Of a stretch of DNA of 64,000 nucleotides, positions 44,556 to 55,736 are shown piece by piece. A program made the translations under genes and the position numbers. The stretch's first letter is position 1. Every line of letters starts with the position of its first letter. A model generated the notes under the pieces. The model was not told where the DNA came from and ran no database searches. It saw only the letters and a program-made list of their open reading frames with translations. Source of the DNA: TPA_inf: Saccharomyces. Its lineage: Eukaryota. The stretch lies in NCBI GenBank assembly GCA_000146045.2, contig BK006949.2, positions 640,001 through 704,000 of the forward strand, written 5' to 3'.

Positions 44556-45437
44556 CTAATTTAATTCCTTGGCTGCCCAGGTTGGTAGAACAAAGGAAGC
44601 TTCGTGAATTTTCTTGTTATAGTATCTGTATAATTCAGCCTCCTTCTCATCAGAGATTTCACGTAGTGGCTTCTTGACATTGCAAGTTTTATCTTTGGAG
44701 CAAACCATAAAACCAATCGTACCAGTTGGGTAAGTTGGAATAGTAACGAAAGAGTATTCTGCAACTGGGAAAACTTCAGAACAGGCTTTCTTTAAGTCCT
44801 TAATGATTGGCAAGTGAATCCACATACTTTCTGCTTGTGTAGTGATTACACCCTTTTCTGTCAACGCACTGTTCAACAATTGGAAATATTCCTTTTGGAA
44901 AAGGGTTTCAGCTGGACCTTCTGGGTCAGAAGAGTCAGTAATGATTACGTCAAATGTGTTTTGGTAATCTCTTAAAAATTGGAAACCATCACCAATGTGG
45001 GTCTTAACCTTTGGGTGAGAATAAGAGGCAGCCATTTCTGGTAGGTACTCCTTTGATAGTCTAATAACAGCTTCATCAATGTCACATAACCAGGCTTCCT
45101 CAACGGAATCATGCTTGACAACCTCTCTCAAAACACCACCATCACCCCCACCAATAACAAGAACCTTCTTAGGATTTGGATGGGAATTCAAGGCAAGATG
45201 GGCAATCATTTCTTGGTAGGCAAATTCATCCCTTTCGGTGGCTTGAATTACATTATCTAAAACTAGAACATTACCATATGTAGTGGATTTGAAGATCAAA
45301 ACGTCTTGATATTTTGACTTCTCATGGTGTAAAACTTTCTCCACTTTTAAAGTCATGGCCTGGCCTGGCCACATGGTATCAGAAATTTCTCTGAACCAGC
45401 CGTCTACAATAGTTGGGTGAGTGATTTCTTGTGCCAT
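44556..45437 (-). CDS. SPE3: Spermidine synthase
   Basis: 293-aa [54 protein letters not shown]... with the aminopropyltransferase signature [15 protein letters not shown]. Confidence 0.95.
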
Positions 45438-45897
45438 TAGATTTATTGCTTATTAGTGTTTGCTCTTCTTGACTGAACTACTATGTGAAGCGTACAAGAT
45501 ACTAAATTACTAAGTCAGTTTTATATCACAGCTATTCCTTATCTCATGCCAATAGCATTTTTAGAGAAAAAAATGAAAGGTGAAAAAATTTTTTTTCTCA
45601 AGCAAAGAAATGAGGAGTTCCTGAAATCATGCAGGTGCAGAATATTGGTGTAGAGAATCGCGTTTGTATATTGTCTTAATCCTGTACTTACGAGTAGGTA
45701 TTTGATGTTTTAAAAATTGCAAATGTACTTTTTGCGAAATCTTGCAACATTTTTTTTGTCAGGATGTAATTGCAACTAATTAATTTTTCAAAACTTAAAA
45801 TGAAGGTTACCTATTAAGGAACGTTTGTGTTTGAAAAAGAACTCCTAATCAAAAGCAAAGAAAACATAGAACAAAAGCCAACAAAACTCTTTTGGAG

Positions 45898-47598
45898 ATG
45901 GTAGAAGGAGACTCTTATGTGGAGACTTTAGACTCCATGATTGAATTATTCAAGGATTACAAACCTGGTTCCATAACTTTGGAGAATATAACACGACTTT
46001 GTCAAACTTTGGGTCTCGAGTCCTTCACAGAAGAATTGAGTAATGAACTTTCAAGATTATCGACGGCATCTAAAATTATCGTGATAGATGTTGACTACAA
46101 TAAGAAGCAAGACAGAATTCAGGACGTTAAACTCGTACTAGCATCTAATTTTGATAATTTTGACTACTTTAACCAACGAGATGGAGAGCATGAAAAAAGC
46201 AACATTCTTCTAAATTCCTTAACAAAGTATCCTGATTTGAAAGCTTTTCATAACAATTTGAAGTTTCTATATCTGTTAGATGCATATTCCCACATCGAGT
46301 CCGATTCTACCTCCCATAATAATGGGTCTTCTGACAAAAGCTTAGATTCAAGCAACGCATCATTTAACAACCAAGGTAAACTTGATCTTTTTAAGTATTT
46401 CACGGAACTATCACACTATATAAGACAATGTTTCCAAGACAATTGTTGCGACTTTAAAGTCAGGACCAATTTGAATGATAAATTTGGAATATATATTTTA
46501 ACCCAGGGCATCAATGGTAAGGAAGTGCCTTTAGCCAAAATTTATTTAGAAGAAAACAAAAGCGATTCACAATACAGGTTCTATGAGTACATATATTCAC
46601 AAGAAACCAAATCTTGGATAAATGAATCTGCTGAGAATTTTTCTAACGGCATTTCCTTGGTTATGGAAATAGTAGCAAACGCTAAGGAAAGTAACTATAC
46701 AGACTTAATTTGGTTTCCTGAGGATTTCATATCACCGGAACTTATTATAGATAAAGTTACATGTTCATCAAACTCATCTTCTTCGCCACCTATAATTGAT
46801 TTATTTTCGAACAATAACTACAATAGTAGAATACAACTGATGAACGATTTTACAACAAAATTAATCAATATTAAAAAATTTGACATAAGTAATGACAATC
46901 TAGATCTAATCTCTGAGATACTAAAATGGGTTCAATGGTCGAGGATAGTACTTCAAAATGTTTTTAAACTGGTCTCCACACCTAGTTCAAATTCAAATTC
47001 ATCGGAACTTGAACCTGACTATCAAGCTCCATTCTCCACCTCGACTAAAGACAAAAATTCTTCAACATCTAACACTGAGCCAATTCCAAGAAGTAACAGA
47101 CATGGAAGTGTAGTAGAGGCCTCTAGAAGAAGGCGTTCTTCAACTAATAAAAGCAAACGTCCCAGTATAACTGAAGCAATGATGCTTAAAGAAGAGGGTT
47201 TACAGCAATTTAATTTGCACGAAATTTTATCTGAACCCGCAATAGAGGAGGAAAATGGAGACAGCATCAAAGAGCACTCTACAACTATGGATGGTGCCAA
47301 TGACCTCGGATTCACCGCCTCTGTTTCGAATCAAGAAAATGCAGGAACTGATATTGTGATGGAAGATCATGGTGTACTGCAAGGCACTAGTCAAAATTAT
47401 GGTACTGCAACAGCGGATGACGCAGACATAGAAATGAAAGACGTCAGTTCTAAGCCTAGTAAACCTGAATCGTCGGTCTTACAACTAATTGTAAGTGAAG
47501 ATCATATCATTCTCGACACTATTTCAGAATGTAACTTGTATGATGATGTAAAATGCTGGAGTAAATTTATTGAAAAATTTCAGGATATCGTTAGCTAA
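45898..47598 (+). CDS. MED1: Mediator complex middle-module subunit
   Basis: 566 aa from the ATG at 45898 (MVEGDSYVETLDSMIELFKDYKPG...). The track begins at a TTG 2 codons upstream. Confidence 0.88.
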   Translation: MVEGDSYVETLDSMIELFKDYKPGSITLENITRLCQTLGLESFTEELSNELSRLSTASKIIVIDVDYNKKQDRIQDVKLVLASNFDNFDYFNQRDGEHEKSNILLNSLTKYPDLKAFHNNLKFLYLLDAYSHIESDSTSHNNGSSDKSLDSSNASFNNQGKLDLFKYFTELSHYIRQCFQDNCCDFKVRTNLNDKFGIYILTQGINGKEVPLAKIYLEENKSDSQYRFYEYIYSQETKSWINESAENFSNGISLVMEIVANAKESNYTDLIWFPEDFISPELIIDKVTCSSNSSSSPPIIDLFSNNNYNSRIQLMNDFTTKLINIKKFDISNDNLDLISEILKWVQWSRIVLQNVFKLVSTPSSNSNSSELEPDYQAPFSTSTKDKNSSTSNTEPIPRSNRHGSVVEASRRRRSSTNKSKRPSITEAMMLKEEGLQQFNLHEILSEPAIEEENGDSIKEHSTTMDGANDLGFTASVSNQENAGTDIVMEDHGVLQGTSQNYGTATADDADIEMKDVSSKPSKPESSVLQLIVSEDHIILDTISECNLYDDVKCWSKFIEKFQDIVS

Positions 47599-47880
47599 GG
47601 AGGTACGGAGTGGCTCAAATACACATTGTGGACCGTACACTCGATGGAGTTTAGGTTTACGTACACCTTCTAGTGCAAGGTGCATGCTTTTCATACCTCA
47701 TATGACTGAGTTTGTTTAGTGTGGCCTATATTCTAAAAAAGATAAACGTTAGAATAAATGAGCTTGCGAACTGAGCCATTTACCGGTCATTTGCCAATAT
47801 ATATAATCAAGGACATCTCTATCATTGTGAGAAATACTAAAAATGTAGGAAAAAGGTTAAAACAAGAACCACTAACACGC

Positions 47881-47910
47881 TAGATAGGTAGATAGGTAGG
47901 TAGGAGGAGG
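47881..47910. repeat. Short imperfect (TAGG/TAGATAGG)n microrepeat in the MED1-YPR071W intergenic region
   Basis: tagataggtagataggtaggtaggaggagg seen directly. Confidence 0.7.
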
Positions 47911-48171
47911 TCGATATTATTACTGCATATATATATTTTTTTCCATTCTGCGTTTTCTTGCTGCAGCGTATTTATGTATCAAGATCCCGGGGCAGCTGTA
48001 AGTGTACTGTCTAGAAAATAAATCAGCAGGCCGCTTGCTACTTCAGTAAAAAAGAGAGTAGAAACTGGAAATTTTTTTGGCAGTCAAAAATTTAATATAT
48101 AAAAAAGGCCCTTTCTGTTTTAAGTGCATTTATTAAATGTTTCCAGTTCCAAGACGATTGGCAACGGAATT

Positions 48172-48807
48172 ATGCAAAACGGCACAGAAGACAAAAGCAA
48201 TATTCCTGCTCGTAGTAATGATGATGTATTGCCGCCGTTAGCCGTCAGACTTACTATGAAAGTAATGCGATTAATTTTCATCGGAAAAATGTTTGCATAT
48301 TCATTTGTACCCTTTCCCCCATTTAAACTTTTGACATTTGATAATACTGTGGGCTGGTTCGTAGCATATTCAGCGATCGTTTCTATTTGGGGGTTTGCTG
48401 TGTGGATGGAAAGAGGATATAGACATAAGATTAATCTACTGCCTCCAAGATGTACGAAGATAAGATGCTCTCGCTGCAATACAAGAATAAGATCCCCCAA
48501 TTGGTTCAAATATAAGAATTGGTTATATTTTTTCCTATTATACGTTTCTCTAACCACTTCTAACTTAATAATTCAACTGGCCTCTTTTATGACAGAAATG
48601 AGTCGTCGGGGTATAAGCGTTCCTGGAACGAAGGATCCAGGCAAGAGAGATTATTTAGGGCTTATCATACCAATGCGATTCATTGGTGCATTTATCCATT
48701 ACATGACGGCTAATTTATTCAAAGAGTATTATTTACATAACGGCCCACTAGAAAAGAATGATAGACCTTCTACCGATGAGAAGACATCAGAGAATGAAAC
48801 GCTATAG
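48172..48807 (+). CDS. Putative multi-pass membrane protein of unknown function
   Basis: 211 aa from the ATG at 48172 (MQNGTEDKSNIPARSNDDVLPPLAVRLTMKVMRLIFIGKMFAYSF...) with several hydrophobic segments, corresponding to YPR071W. The track start is earlier and non-ATG. Confidence 0.75.
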   Translation: MQNGTEDKSNIPARSNDDVLPPLAVRLTMKVMRLIFIGKMFAYSFVPFPPFKLLTFDNTVGWFVAYSAIVSIWGFAVWMERGYRHKINLLPPRCTKIRCSRCNTRIRSPNWFKYKNWLYFFLLYVSLTTSNLIIQLASFMTEMSRRGISVPGTKDPGKRDYLGLIIPMRFIGAFIHYMTANLFKEYYLHNGPLEKNDRPSTDEKTSENETL

Positions 48808-49061
48808 CTTAACCTCGATTAAAATTAAGTTCAGTATGCCATAGGTGCGTTTATTACATGTTTTTTAACAACACTTCAATATTTCTTTCTCTGTATTTTT
48901 CAATAGGGAACAAAATGTACTATTTTCTCCATGAGGCCTGAAATAGCAAATGTACTCCCGCAGTTAATAAATGTACGGACAGCTTTTCATAGCCAATTAA
49001 AAGCAGTTTATATCTCTTTCCTAGCGGATCACATCTAATGGTTGTCCAACTTCCCTTGGAT

Positions 49062-49207
49062 TAAGAAATAGGTGAATAACGGGATAGTTTTTGAGGATCC
49101 ATTATTGATAGAGGTTATAATTTTAGACAGGCAAAATATTCTAGCACTTCTCGAGGGCATAGGCATCCCTAAAAGGGAATCAATAATTTTACATAATGAT
49201 ATTACCA
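49062..49207 (-). mobile_element. Partial solo delta (Ty1/Ty2 LTR) remnant, 3' half, minus orientation
   Basis: The reverse complement reads ...GATTCCCTTTTAGGGATGCCTATGCCCTCGAGAAGTGCTAGAATATTTTGCCTGTCTAAAATTATAACCTCTATCAATAATGGATCCTCAAAAACTATCCCGTTATTCACCTATTTCTTA. This aligns with the delta consensus ...GATTCCATTTTGAGGATTCCTATATCCTCGAGGAGAACTTCTAGTATATTCTGTATACCTAATATTATAGCCTTTATCAACAATGGAATCCCAACAATTATCTCAACATTCACCCATTTCTCA. Confidence 0.7.
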
Positions 49208-49224
49208 TATCTTTTATACTTTCT

Positions 49225-49442
49225 TGAGATCTGGAGAATTTTGTAAAATTGTTGGGATTCCATAGTCGATAATATTATATATACAGAATATGCTAGAAGT
49301 TCCAATCATTACACTTTAACTTCAATAAAAAATTTGGCGACTACTTCCCAATCTTTATGTCATCTTCTTGCATCGTATATGACAATATGTAACAGTAATA
49401 TGAATAATAGTCAAAAAATAATATATAATATTCATTCCAACA
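49225..49442 (-). mobile_element. Degenerate, internally deleted solo delta (Ty1/Ty2 LTR), minus orientation, ~120 bp upstream of tRNA-Ser
   Basis: The reverse complement begins TGTTGGAATGAATATTATAT... and ends ...GGAATCCCAACAATTTTACAAAATTCTCCAGATCTCA, with delta-like TGTTGGAAT...TCTCA termini. Internal blocks (GTCATCTTCT..CGTATATGA.AATAT; GAACTTCTAG.ATATTCTGTATA) match the delta consensus. Confidence 0.75.
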
Positions 49443-49564
49443 CTCTTAGTGTCCCTAGCTAGAATTACTTCTGCTAGTGAAACACTCATCATCAATATAA
49501 GGAAATTAATTTTAGTCAGATGTTTTTAATACCTTCCGTTTTCTAACACTACCAGATTATTTTG

Positions 49565-49646
49565 GGCACTATGGCCGAGTGGTTAAGGCGACAGACTTGA
49601 AATCTGTTGGGCTCTGCCCGCGCTGGTTCAAATCCTGCTGGTGTCG
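49565..49646 (+). tRNA. tS(UGA): tRNA-Ser, anticodon UGA (class II tRNA with long variable arm)
   Basis: GGCACTATGGCCGAGTGGTTAAGGCGACAGACTTGAAATCTGTTGGGCTCTGCCCGCGCTGGTTCAAATCCTGCTGGTGTCG, 82 nt. It has an A box TGGCCGAGTGG and a B box GGTTCAAATCC. The anticodon loop CT-TGA-AA carries TGA, and a T-rich Pol III terminator (tattatttttt) follows. Confidence 0.93.
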
Positions 49647-50106
49647 TATTATTTTTTGAAATTATTTTTCAATAACCACCATGTCAGCACCAGGTTCTTT
49701 TACAATTATACAAACACACATATCTCAAAATCACTCAAGAGGTCATGGACCAATATGGCAACTTGCTACGAAAGTCATACGGTAACATATCAGCTTGTCT
49801 AAACATACCATACTTTACCCATTTTTTTGTGCTTGTTATATGGCGCCATAAATTGCTCGAACATGGTCATGTGATGCAAAACATTGTATTACCCTTCTTT
49901 ATTGATTTTTCGACAATCCACCAATTCTAACTACGAAACTTTTTATAGCATAAAAGTACTTCCACATTTTTGGTGCAATGAACTAATTTAGATAATAACA
50001 AGATCAAACAGCGTCCCTTCCGCGTCAATAAATAATTAGGAACTGTAATTGAACCTCTATTAGTATATTTTTTTATTGATTGCATGAAACATCCGCTCAT
50101 TCTGTC

Positions 50107-51789
50107 ATGTCTCAAAGAAAGCTACAACAGGATATCGATAAGCTTTTGAAGAAGGTGAAGGAAGGTATTGAAGACTTCGATGACATATACGAAAAATTTC
50201 AGTCAACAGACCCCTCCAATTCTTCGCATAGAGAAAAACTGGAATCTGACTTAAAAAGAGAAATCAAGAAGCTGCAAAAACATAGGGATCAAATAAAAAC
50301 ATGGCTCAGCAAAGAAGATGTAAAGGATAAGCAAAGTGTTCTGATGACTAATAGGAGGTTGATTGAAAATGGCATGGAAAGATTTAAGTCCGTGGAGAAG
50401 CTAATGAAGACAAAACAGTTTTCAAAGGAGGCTTTAACAAATCCAGATATAATCAAAGACCCTAAAGAACTCAAAAAAAGAGATCAGGTCTTATTTATTC
50501 ACGATTGTTTAGATGAGCTACAAAAGCAATTGGAACAGTATGAGGCTCAAGAAAATGAAGAACAAACAGAAAGACACGAATTTCACATCGCCAACCTAGA
50601 GAATATCTTGAAAAAACTTCAGAATAATGAAATGGACCCAGAGCCCGTAGAAGAATTCCAAGACGATATAAAGTACTATGTAGAAAATAACGATGATCCC
50701 GATTTCATTGAATACGATACAATTTATGAGGACATGGGTTGCGAAATACAACCTTCATCAAGTAATAATGAGGCTCCAAAAGAAGGAAACAATCAAACTT
50801 CTTTATCTAGCATTCGCTCATCAAAAAAACAAGAACGTTCTCCAAAGAAAAAAGCTCCGCAGAGGGATGTTTCTATATCAGACAGGGCGACGACTCCAAT
50901 CGCGCCAGGTGTAGAATCAGCCTCGCAATCTATATCTTCTACGCCAACACCTGTGTCAACTGATACGCCATTGCATACAGTGAAAGATGATTCAATAAAA
51001 TTCGATAATTCTACCCTTGGTACACCAACTACACATGTGTCTATGAAAAAGAAGGAATCGGAAAACGACTCGGAGCAACAACTAAATTTCCCACCGGATA
51101 GAACTGATGAAATTCGAAAAACCATCCAGCACGATGTAGAGACGAATGCAGCTTTTCAAAATCCCTTATTCAACGACGAATTAAAATACTGGTTAGACTC
51201 GAAAAGGTACTTAATGCAACCTCTTCAAGAAATGTCACCAAAGATGGTATCGCAATTAGAATCTTCGCTATTGAATTGTCCAGATTCTCTAGATGCCGAT
51301 TCGCCATGTCTATACACCAAACCATTATCTTTGCCTCACCCAACGTCAATCTTTTTTCCCAATGAACCAATTCGATTTGTTTATCCGTACGATGTACCTT
51401 TAAATTTAACGAATAATGAAAATGATACTGACAATAAGTTCGGTAAAGATAGTAAAGCAAAATCTAAGAAAGATGATGATATCTATTCCAGAACCTCACT
51501 AGCCAGAATATTTATGAAATTTGATCTTGATACTTTATTTTTCATATTCTATCATTACCAAGGATCATATGAACAGTTTTTAGCTGCTAGAGAACTTTTT
51601 AAAAATAGAAACTGGCTATTCAACAAGGTAGATCGCTGCTGGTATTATAAAGAAATCGAAAAGTTACCACCAGGAATGGGCAAATCTGAGGAGGAATCAT
51701 GGAGATACTTTGATTATAAAAAAAGTTGGTTAGCGAGACGTTGCGGTAACGACTTCGTATATAATGAAGAAGATTTCGAAAAACTGTAA
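50107..51789 (+). CDS. NOT5: CCR4-NOT complex subunit
   Basis: 560 aa from the ATG at 50107 (MSQRKLQQDIDKLLKKVKEGIEDFDDIYEKF...) with an N-terminal coiled coil and a C-terminal NOT-box. The track start is a TTG 9 codons upstream. Confidence 0.92.
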   Translation: MSQRKLQQDIDKLLKKVKEGIEDFDDIYEKFQSTDPSNSSHREKLESDLKREIKKLQKHRDQIKTWLSKEDVKDKQSVLMTNRRLIENGMERFKSVEKLMKTKQFSKEALTNPDIIKDPKELKKRDQVLFIHDCLDELQKQLEQYEAQENEEQTERHEFHIANLENILKKLQNNEMDPEPVEEFQDDIKYYVENNDDPDFIEYDTIYEDMGCEIQPSSSNNEAPKEGNNQTSLSSIRSSKKQERSPKKKAPQRDVSISDRATTPIAPGVESASQSISSTPTPVSTDTPLHTVKDDSIKFDNSTLGTPTTHVSMKKKESENDSEQQLNFPPDRTDEIRKTIQHDVETNAAFQNPLFNDELKYWLDSKRYLMQPLQEMSPKMVSQLESSLLNCPDSLDADSPCLYTKPLSLPHPTSIFFPNEPIRFVYPYDVPLNLTNNENDTDNKFGKDSKAKSKKDDDIYSRTSLARIFMKFDLDTLFFIFYHYQGSYEQFLAARELFKNRNWLFNKVDRCWYYKEIEKLPPGMGKSEEESWRYFDYKKSWLARRCGNDFVYNEEDFEKL

Positions 51790-51932
51790 ACAGTTTCCTT
51801 TTACTTATATAATTCTCATCGTGATTTACTAGGTAAATGTAGTATTCAAAATCTCCAATTTGTACTCTTTAACTTCACCTTCACATATTATCTTTTTACT
51901 CGATGTAGACCGCACCATCATTACTTGCTAGC

Positions 51933-52418
51933 TTATAACTCTTTTTTTAAAAACTGTTTGGAGAAATAGGTGATTTGTTTGAAGTTGTACTCGAAATCTT
52001 GTATGTCACCATACCAAGGATCTTCAATAATGGTCTGCACAGTGCCATCATTAGTATTCCAATCACCAAAAAGGCAAACTTTAGCTTTAGAACCTTCAGG
52101 TTGTATTTTTTTTAGGTTATTAATGTTGGATTCATCCATACCGATTATATAGTCATATTCATCGAAGTGTTTGGTCTTTATTTGTTTCCCTTTATGATTA
52201 ATCTTGACGCCATGTTGCTTACAAATGGACACTGTACGATGATCAGGGCTTTCCCCCACATGATAATTAGAAGTGCCAAATGAATCAATCTTGTTGAATC
52301 GATTTTCTAGATTAGCCTTTTCGACTTCATGTTTGAAAATGGCTTCCGCCATTGGTGATCTACAGAAGTTACCCAAACAAATGAATGCGACCGATATTTT
52401 TGGTTTTTCAATTGTCAT
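51933..52418 (-). CDS. LTP1: Low-molecular-weight protein tyrosine phosphatase
   Basis: 161-aa ORF MTIEKPKISVAFICLGNFCRSPMAEAIF... with the CX5R(S) P-loop CLGNFCRS. Confidence 0.93.
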   Translation of the reverse strand: MTIEKPKISVAFICLGNFCRSPMAEAIFKHEVEKANLENRFNKIDSFGTSNYHVGESPDHRTVSICKQHGVKINHKGKQIKTKHFDEYDYIIGMDESNINNLKKIQPEGSKAKVCLFGDWNTNDGTVQTIIEDPWYGDIQDFEYNFKQITYFSKQFLKKEL

Positions 52419-52795
52419 TTTCGTGTTAACTTTCCCTTCTCAGTTTTCTATCGCTTATCAAAAATCACAGGGTTTCAATTAGCCTTTTAGGAGTTATATT
52501 CTTTATTGGCTTTATACTTGAATGGTGTGATTCTCTCGAAGGGTTTAACATTCAAGCTCGGCCATGTGCTGGTACAAGGAAAAAGAAAGAAAAAGTAATC
52601 ATTGAAATTTTTCTATAATACGTACACCTATAATATAAGAAGGAAAAGGACTGAGTGTTTGGAATATTGTTAAAAGTTTGAAACTATTTTTTTGCTTAAT
52701 CGTTTATAAAAAAAGTTGTATTTAAGTTGTATAAAGTTTTATTTCATTTTTTCACAAATAATATCATATCAAATCTGATGATCTACGATCAGAAT

Positions 52796-54838
52796 TTAGA
52801 AAGCTTTTTTCAAAGGAGAAATTAGCTTGTCACCCTTATAGAATGCAATGGTCTTTTGAGCTCTTTCAGCAACACCTTCTGGGGTGAAACCGAAGAACTT
52901 GAAGACTTCTGGTGCCTTACCGGAGGCACCAAATCTGTCAATACCGAAGGATTGATGAGCGTATTTGCCCCAACATGTGGTAGCCAAAACTTCAACAGAC
53001 ATGATTGGAACGTTGTCTGGTAAGACTGATAGTCTGTATTCTAGGGGTTGTTTGTCAAAAGTGAAGAAATCTGGTAGAGAAACAACACGAGCCTTGATGT
53101 TCTTTGCGGCCAAAGTCTTAGCAGCTTCAACACTCAAAGACACTTCGGAACCAGTAGCCACTAAAATAATATCTGGGTTAGCAACATCTTGTAGTACGTA
53201 ACCACCCTTAGAAGCGCTTTCAATAGAGCTACCTTCCAATTGTGGCAAGTTTTGTCTGGACAAAGCAATGATACTTGGAGTATGCTTGGATTCTAAAGAG
53301 TTCTTGTAGGCGGCAGAAACTTCGTTACCATCAGCTGGTCTCCAAACTTGAATGTTTGGTAGGGATCTGAAGTGTGCTAAAGTTTCAATAGGTTGATGTG
53401 TTGGACCATCTTCACCGACACCGATAGAGTCATGTGTAGCAACCCAAATAACTGGGTGGCCAGACAAAGCGGACAATCTAACGGCACCAGCAGCATAAGA
53501 AACGAAGTTCAAGAAAGTACCACCGTATGGTTTGTAGTTGGCACCGAAAGCTGAAATACCGTTCATTATGGCACCCATAGCGTGTTCTCTAATACCGTAC
53601 CTAATGTATCTACCAGAGTAGTTACCTGAACCGGAAGAAGGAGGTTGGAAGTCAAGGGCTTCCTTCCATCTGGTCAAGTTAGAAGGTGTTAAATCGGCAG
53701 AACCACCAATCAACTCTGGCAATTGATTGTAAACATCCTCAAGAACAGTTTCTGATAATTTTCTAGTGGCCACGGCAGAGTCCTTGGCGGTGTAAGTTGG
53801 CAACTTAGATTCCCAATTTGCGGGTAGTTGGCCGCTCAATCTTCTAGCCAATTCAGCACCTAATTCTGGGAATTTCTTTTGGTATTCGCTGAACAACTTG
53901 TTCCACTTGTTGTTGGCTTCGACACCTGGCTTTAAAATTGTCTTTTGGTAGTGGTCGTAAACTTCTTGTGGAACAACAAAGGACTTGTCTGGGTTGAAAC
54001 CGAATTTGCTCTTTAGTTGTTTAACATCATCTGCTTTCAATGGGGCACCGTGCACAGAGTGAGAGCCGGCATGCAAGGAACCGTAACCAATGGTTGTGGT
54101 CATTTTGATCAAAGTTGGTTTGTCCTTGGATAACTTAGCTTGAGCAATAGCCTTGGCAATACCGGCTAGATCTTCGTTACCATTTTCTACGTACAAAACT
54201 TCCCAACCGTAGGCTTCGTATCTCTTAGCAACATCTTCATCGAATGAGATACTGGTAGCACCATCGATAGTGATCTTGTTGTCATCGTAGATGGCAATCA
54301 AGTTACCCAATTTCAAATGACCAGCCAAGGAGGAAGCTTCTGAAGAAATACCTTCTTGCAAACAACCGTCACCCAAGAAAACATAGGTGTAGTTGTCAGA
54401 CAAGGTAAAGCCCGGCTTGTTGTAAGTGGCAGCCAGGTTAGCTTGAGCCATGGCCATACCAACAGCGTTGGAGATACCTTGACCTAATGGACCGGTAGTA
54501 ACTTCAACACCTGGCAACTCAAATTCAGGATGACCTGGTGTTCTGGAACCCAACTGTCTGAACTGTTTCAAGTCTTCAATAGACAGATCGTAACCAGTCA
54601 AATGTAGCATAGAATACAACAAAGCGACCGCGTGACCGTTAGACAAGACAAATCTATCTCTGTTGATCCAGTCTGGGTTGGTTGGGTTCATGCGCATTTG
54701 ACTCCATAGAACGTGTGCAGCTGGTGCCATACCCAATGGAGCACCTGGGTGACCTGAGTTGGCCTTGGATACGGTGTCCACAGCCAAAATTCTTATGGTG
54801 GAGACGGCTAGCTTATCAATGTCAGTGAATTGAGTCAT
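52796..54838 (-). CDS. TKL1: Transketolase
   Basis: 680-aa ORF MTQFTDIDKLAVSTIRILAVDTVSKANSGHPGAPLGMAPAAHVLW... with a ThDP-binding motif and strong codon bias. Length equals Tkl1. Confidence 0.97.
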   Translation of the reverse strand: MTQFTDIDKLAVSTIRILAVDTVSKANSGHPGAPLGMAPAAHVLWSQMRMNPTNPDWINRDRFVLSNGHAVALLYSMLHLTGYDLSIEDLKQFRQLGSRTPGHPEFELPGVEVTTGPLGQGISNAVGMAMAQANLAATYNKPGFTLSDNYTYVFLGDGCLQEGISSEASSLAGHLKLGNLIAIYDDNKITIDGATSISFDEDVAKRYEAYGWEVLYVENGNEDLAGIAKAIAQAKLSKDKPTLIKMTTTIGYGSLHAGSHSVHGAPLKADDVKQLKSKFGFNPDKSFVVPQEVYDHYQKTILKPGVEANNKWNKLFSEYQKKFPELGAELARRLSGQLPANWESKLPTYTAKDSAVATRKLSETVLEDVYNQLPELIGGSADLTPSNLTRWKEALDFQPPSSGSGNYSGRYIRYGIREHAMGAIMNGISAFGANYKPYGGTFLNFVSYAAGAVRLSALSGHPVIWVATHDSIGVGEDGPTHQPIETLAHFRSLPNIQVWRPADGNEVSAAYKNSLESKHTPSIIALSRQNLPQLEGSSIESASKGGYVLQDVANPDIILVATGSEVSLSVEAAKTLAAKNIKARVVSLPDFFTFDKQPLEYRLSVLPDNVPIMSVEVLATTCWGKYAHQSFGIDRFGASGKAPEVFKFFGFTPEGVAERAQKTIAFYKGDKLISPLKKAF

Positions 54839-55736
54839 TTTGTTTGCTAAAGAGGTAACTATGTAGAGTTGCTTGGGATGAGCTTCCTTCTCTGTTGTAC
54901 TTCAGTTTGATCTGAAACTTAAAAAACGAAATTTAAAAGGAAGACAACGGTGAGAACAAGAAATGAATGAATCAAGAAGTCACGATCAAGTATGTAGGTA
55001 AAAGATCAGGGGGGAGTATGTACGTAACCAAAAAGATTGGGAAAGAGTTTATATATGAATCATGCCTACGATCGTACCTTCTTGGCTTTCCCAAGAAAAT
55101 TTTTCATCTCTCGAACTTCTCGAGAGATTGCGAACGGAACGGCAAACGCCGCCGGCATTTCTCGGAAAGAAGACTAGAAAATAAATGACGGTGGGAAAAA
55201 AAGCAAGAAGCTACGGTTACCCGCAGCGGCACTATAGTAGATGGGCTTTTAAGCCCGTTTTCAGGGTCAGGTAATATGTAATGTAGTAGCACTTAAACTT
55301 GCTAACCATAAATGACCAAAATGCAAGTTTGCTGTATTTTAGTCCCGTTGGCGTTTTCGGATGCTTCATTCCCCAGAGAAGTGATGTGTATGCGAAAAAT
55401 GTCTCAATGCAGCTTTGGCTGCTGCGGAACTTATCCGCTTTGTAAGCACATCTTGTTTTAATGTGTATGAATTTTTATATTTGGTTCGAAAATTATGACA
55501 TTCGGCCAAGAAACTTTCAGAGGAGCTGTGTATTAGCAGATGGTAAGCGCACGTTGAAAATGCTGAATATTATTAATTTAGACATACCTTGATGGCTGAA
55601 CAGTAGTCAGAAAATTAAAAAAAAAAAAAAAGCGCTTATTACGGCGTATACACGTAACTATATAGACGTAGATCATTGAATATTGATATGATATAATATT
55701 TTCCCCGGGATTGCAGAATACTGACACGCCTTTTAT

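Noticed and set aside
48850-49060. Possible additional LTR (sigma/tau) debris between YPR071W and the delta fragments
   Set aside because: The interval is long and non-coding next to a tRNA gene, which makes LTR remnants plausible. I could not align it convincingly to any Ty LTR consensus from memory, so it is left uncalled.
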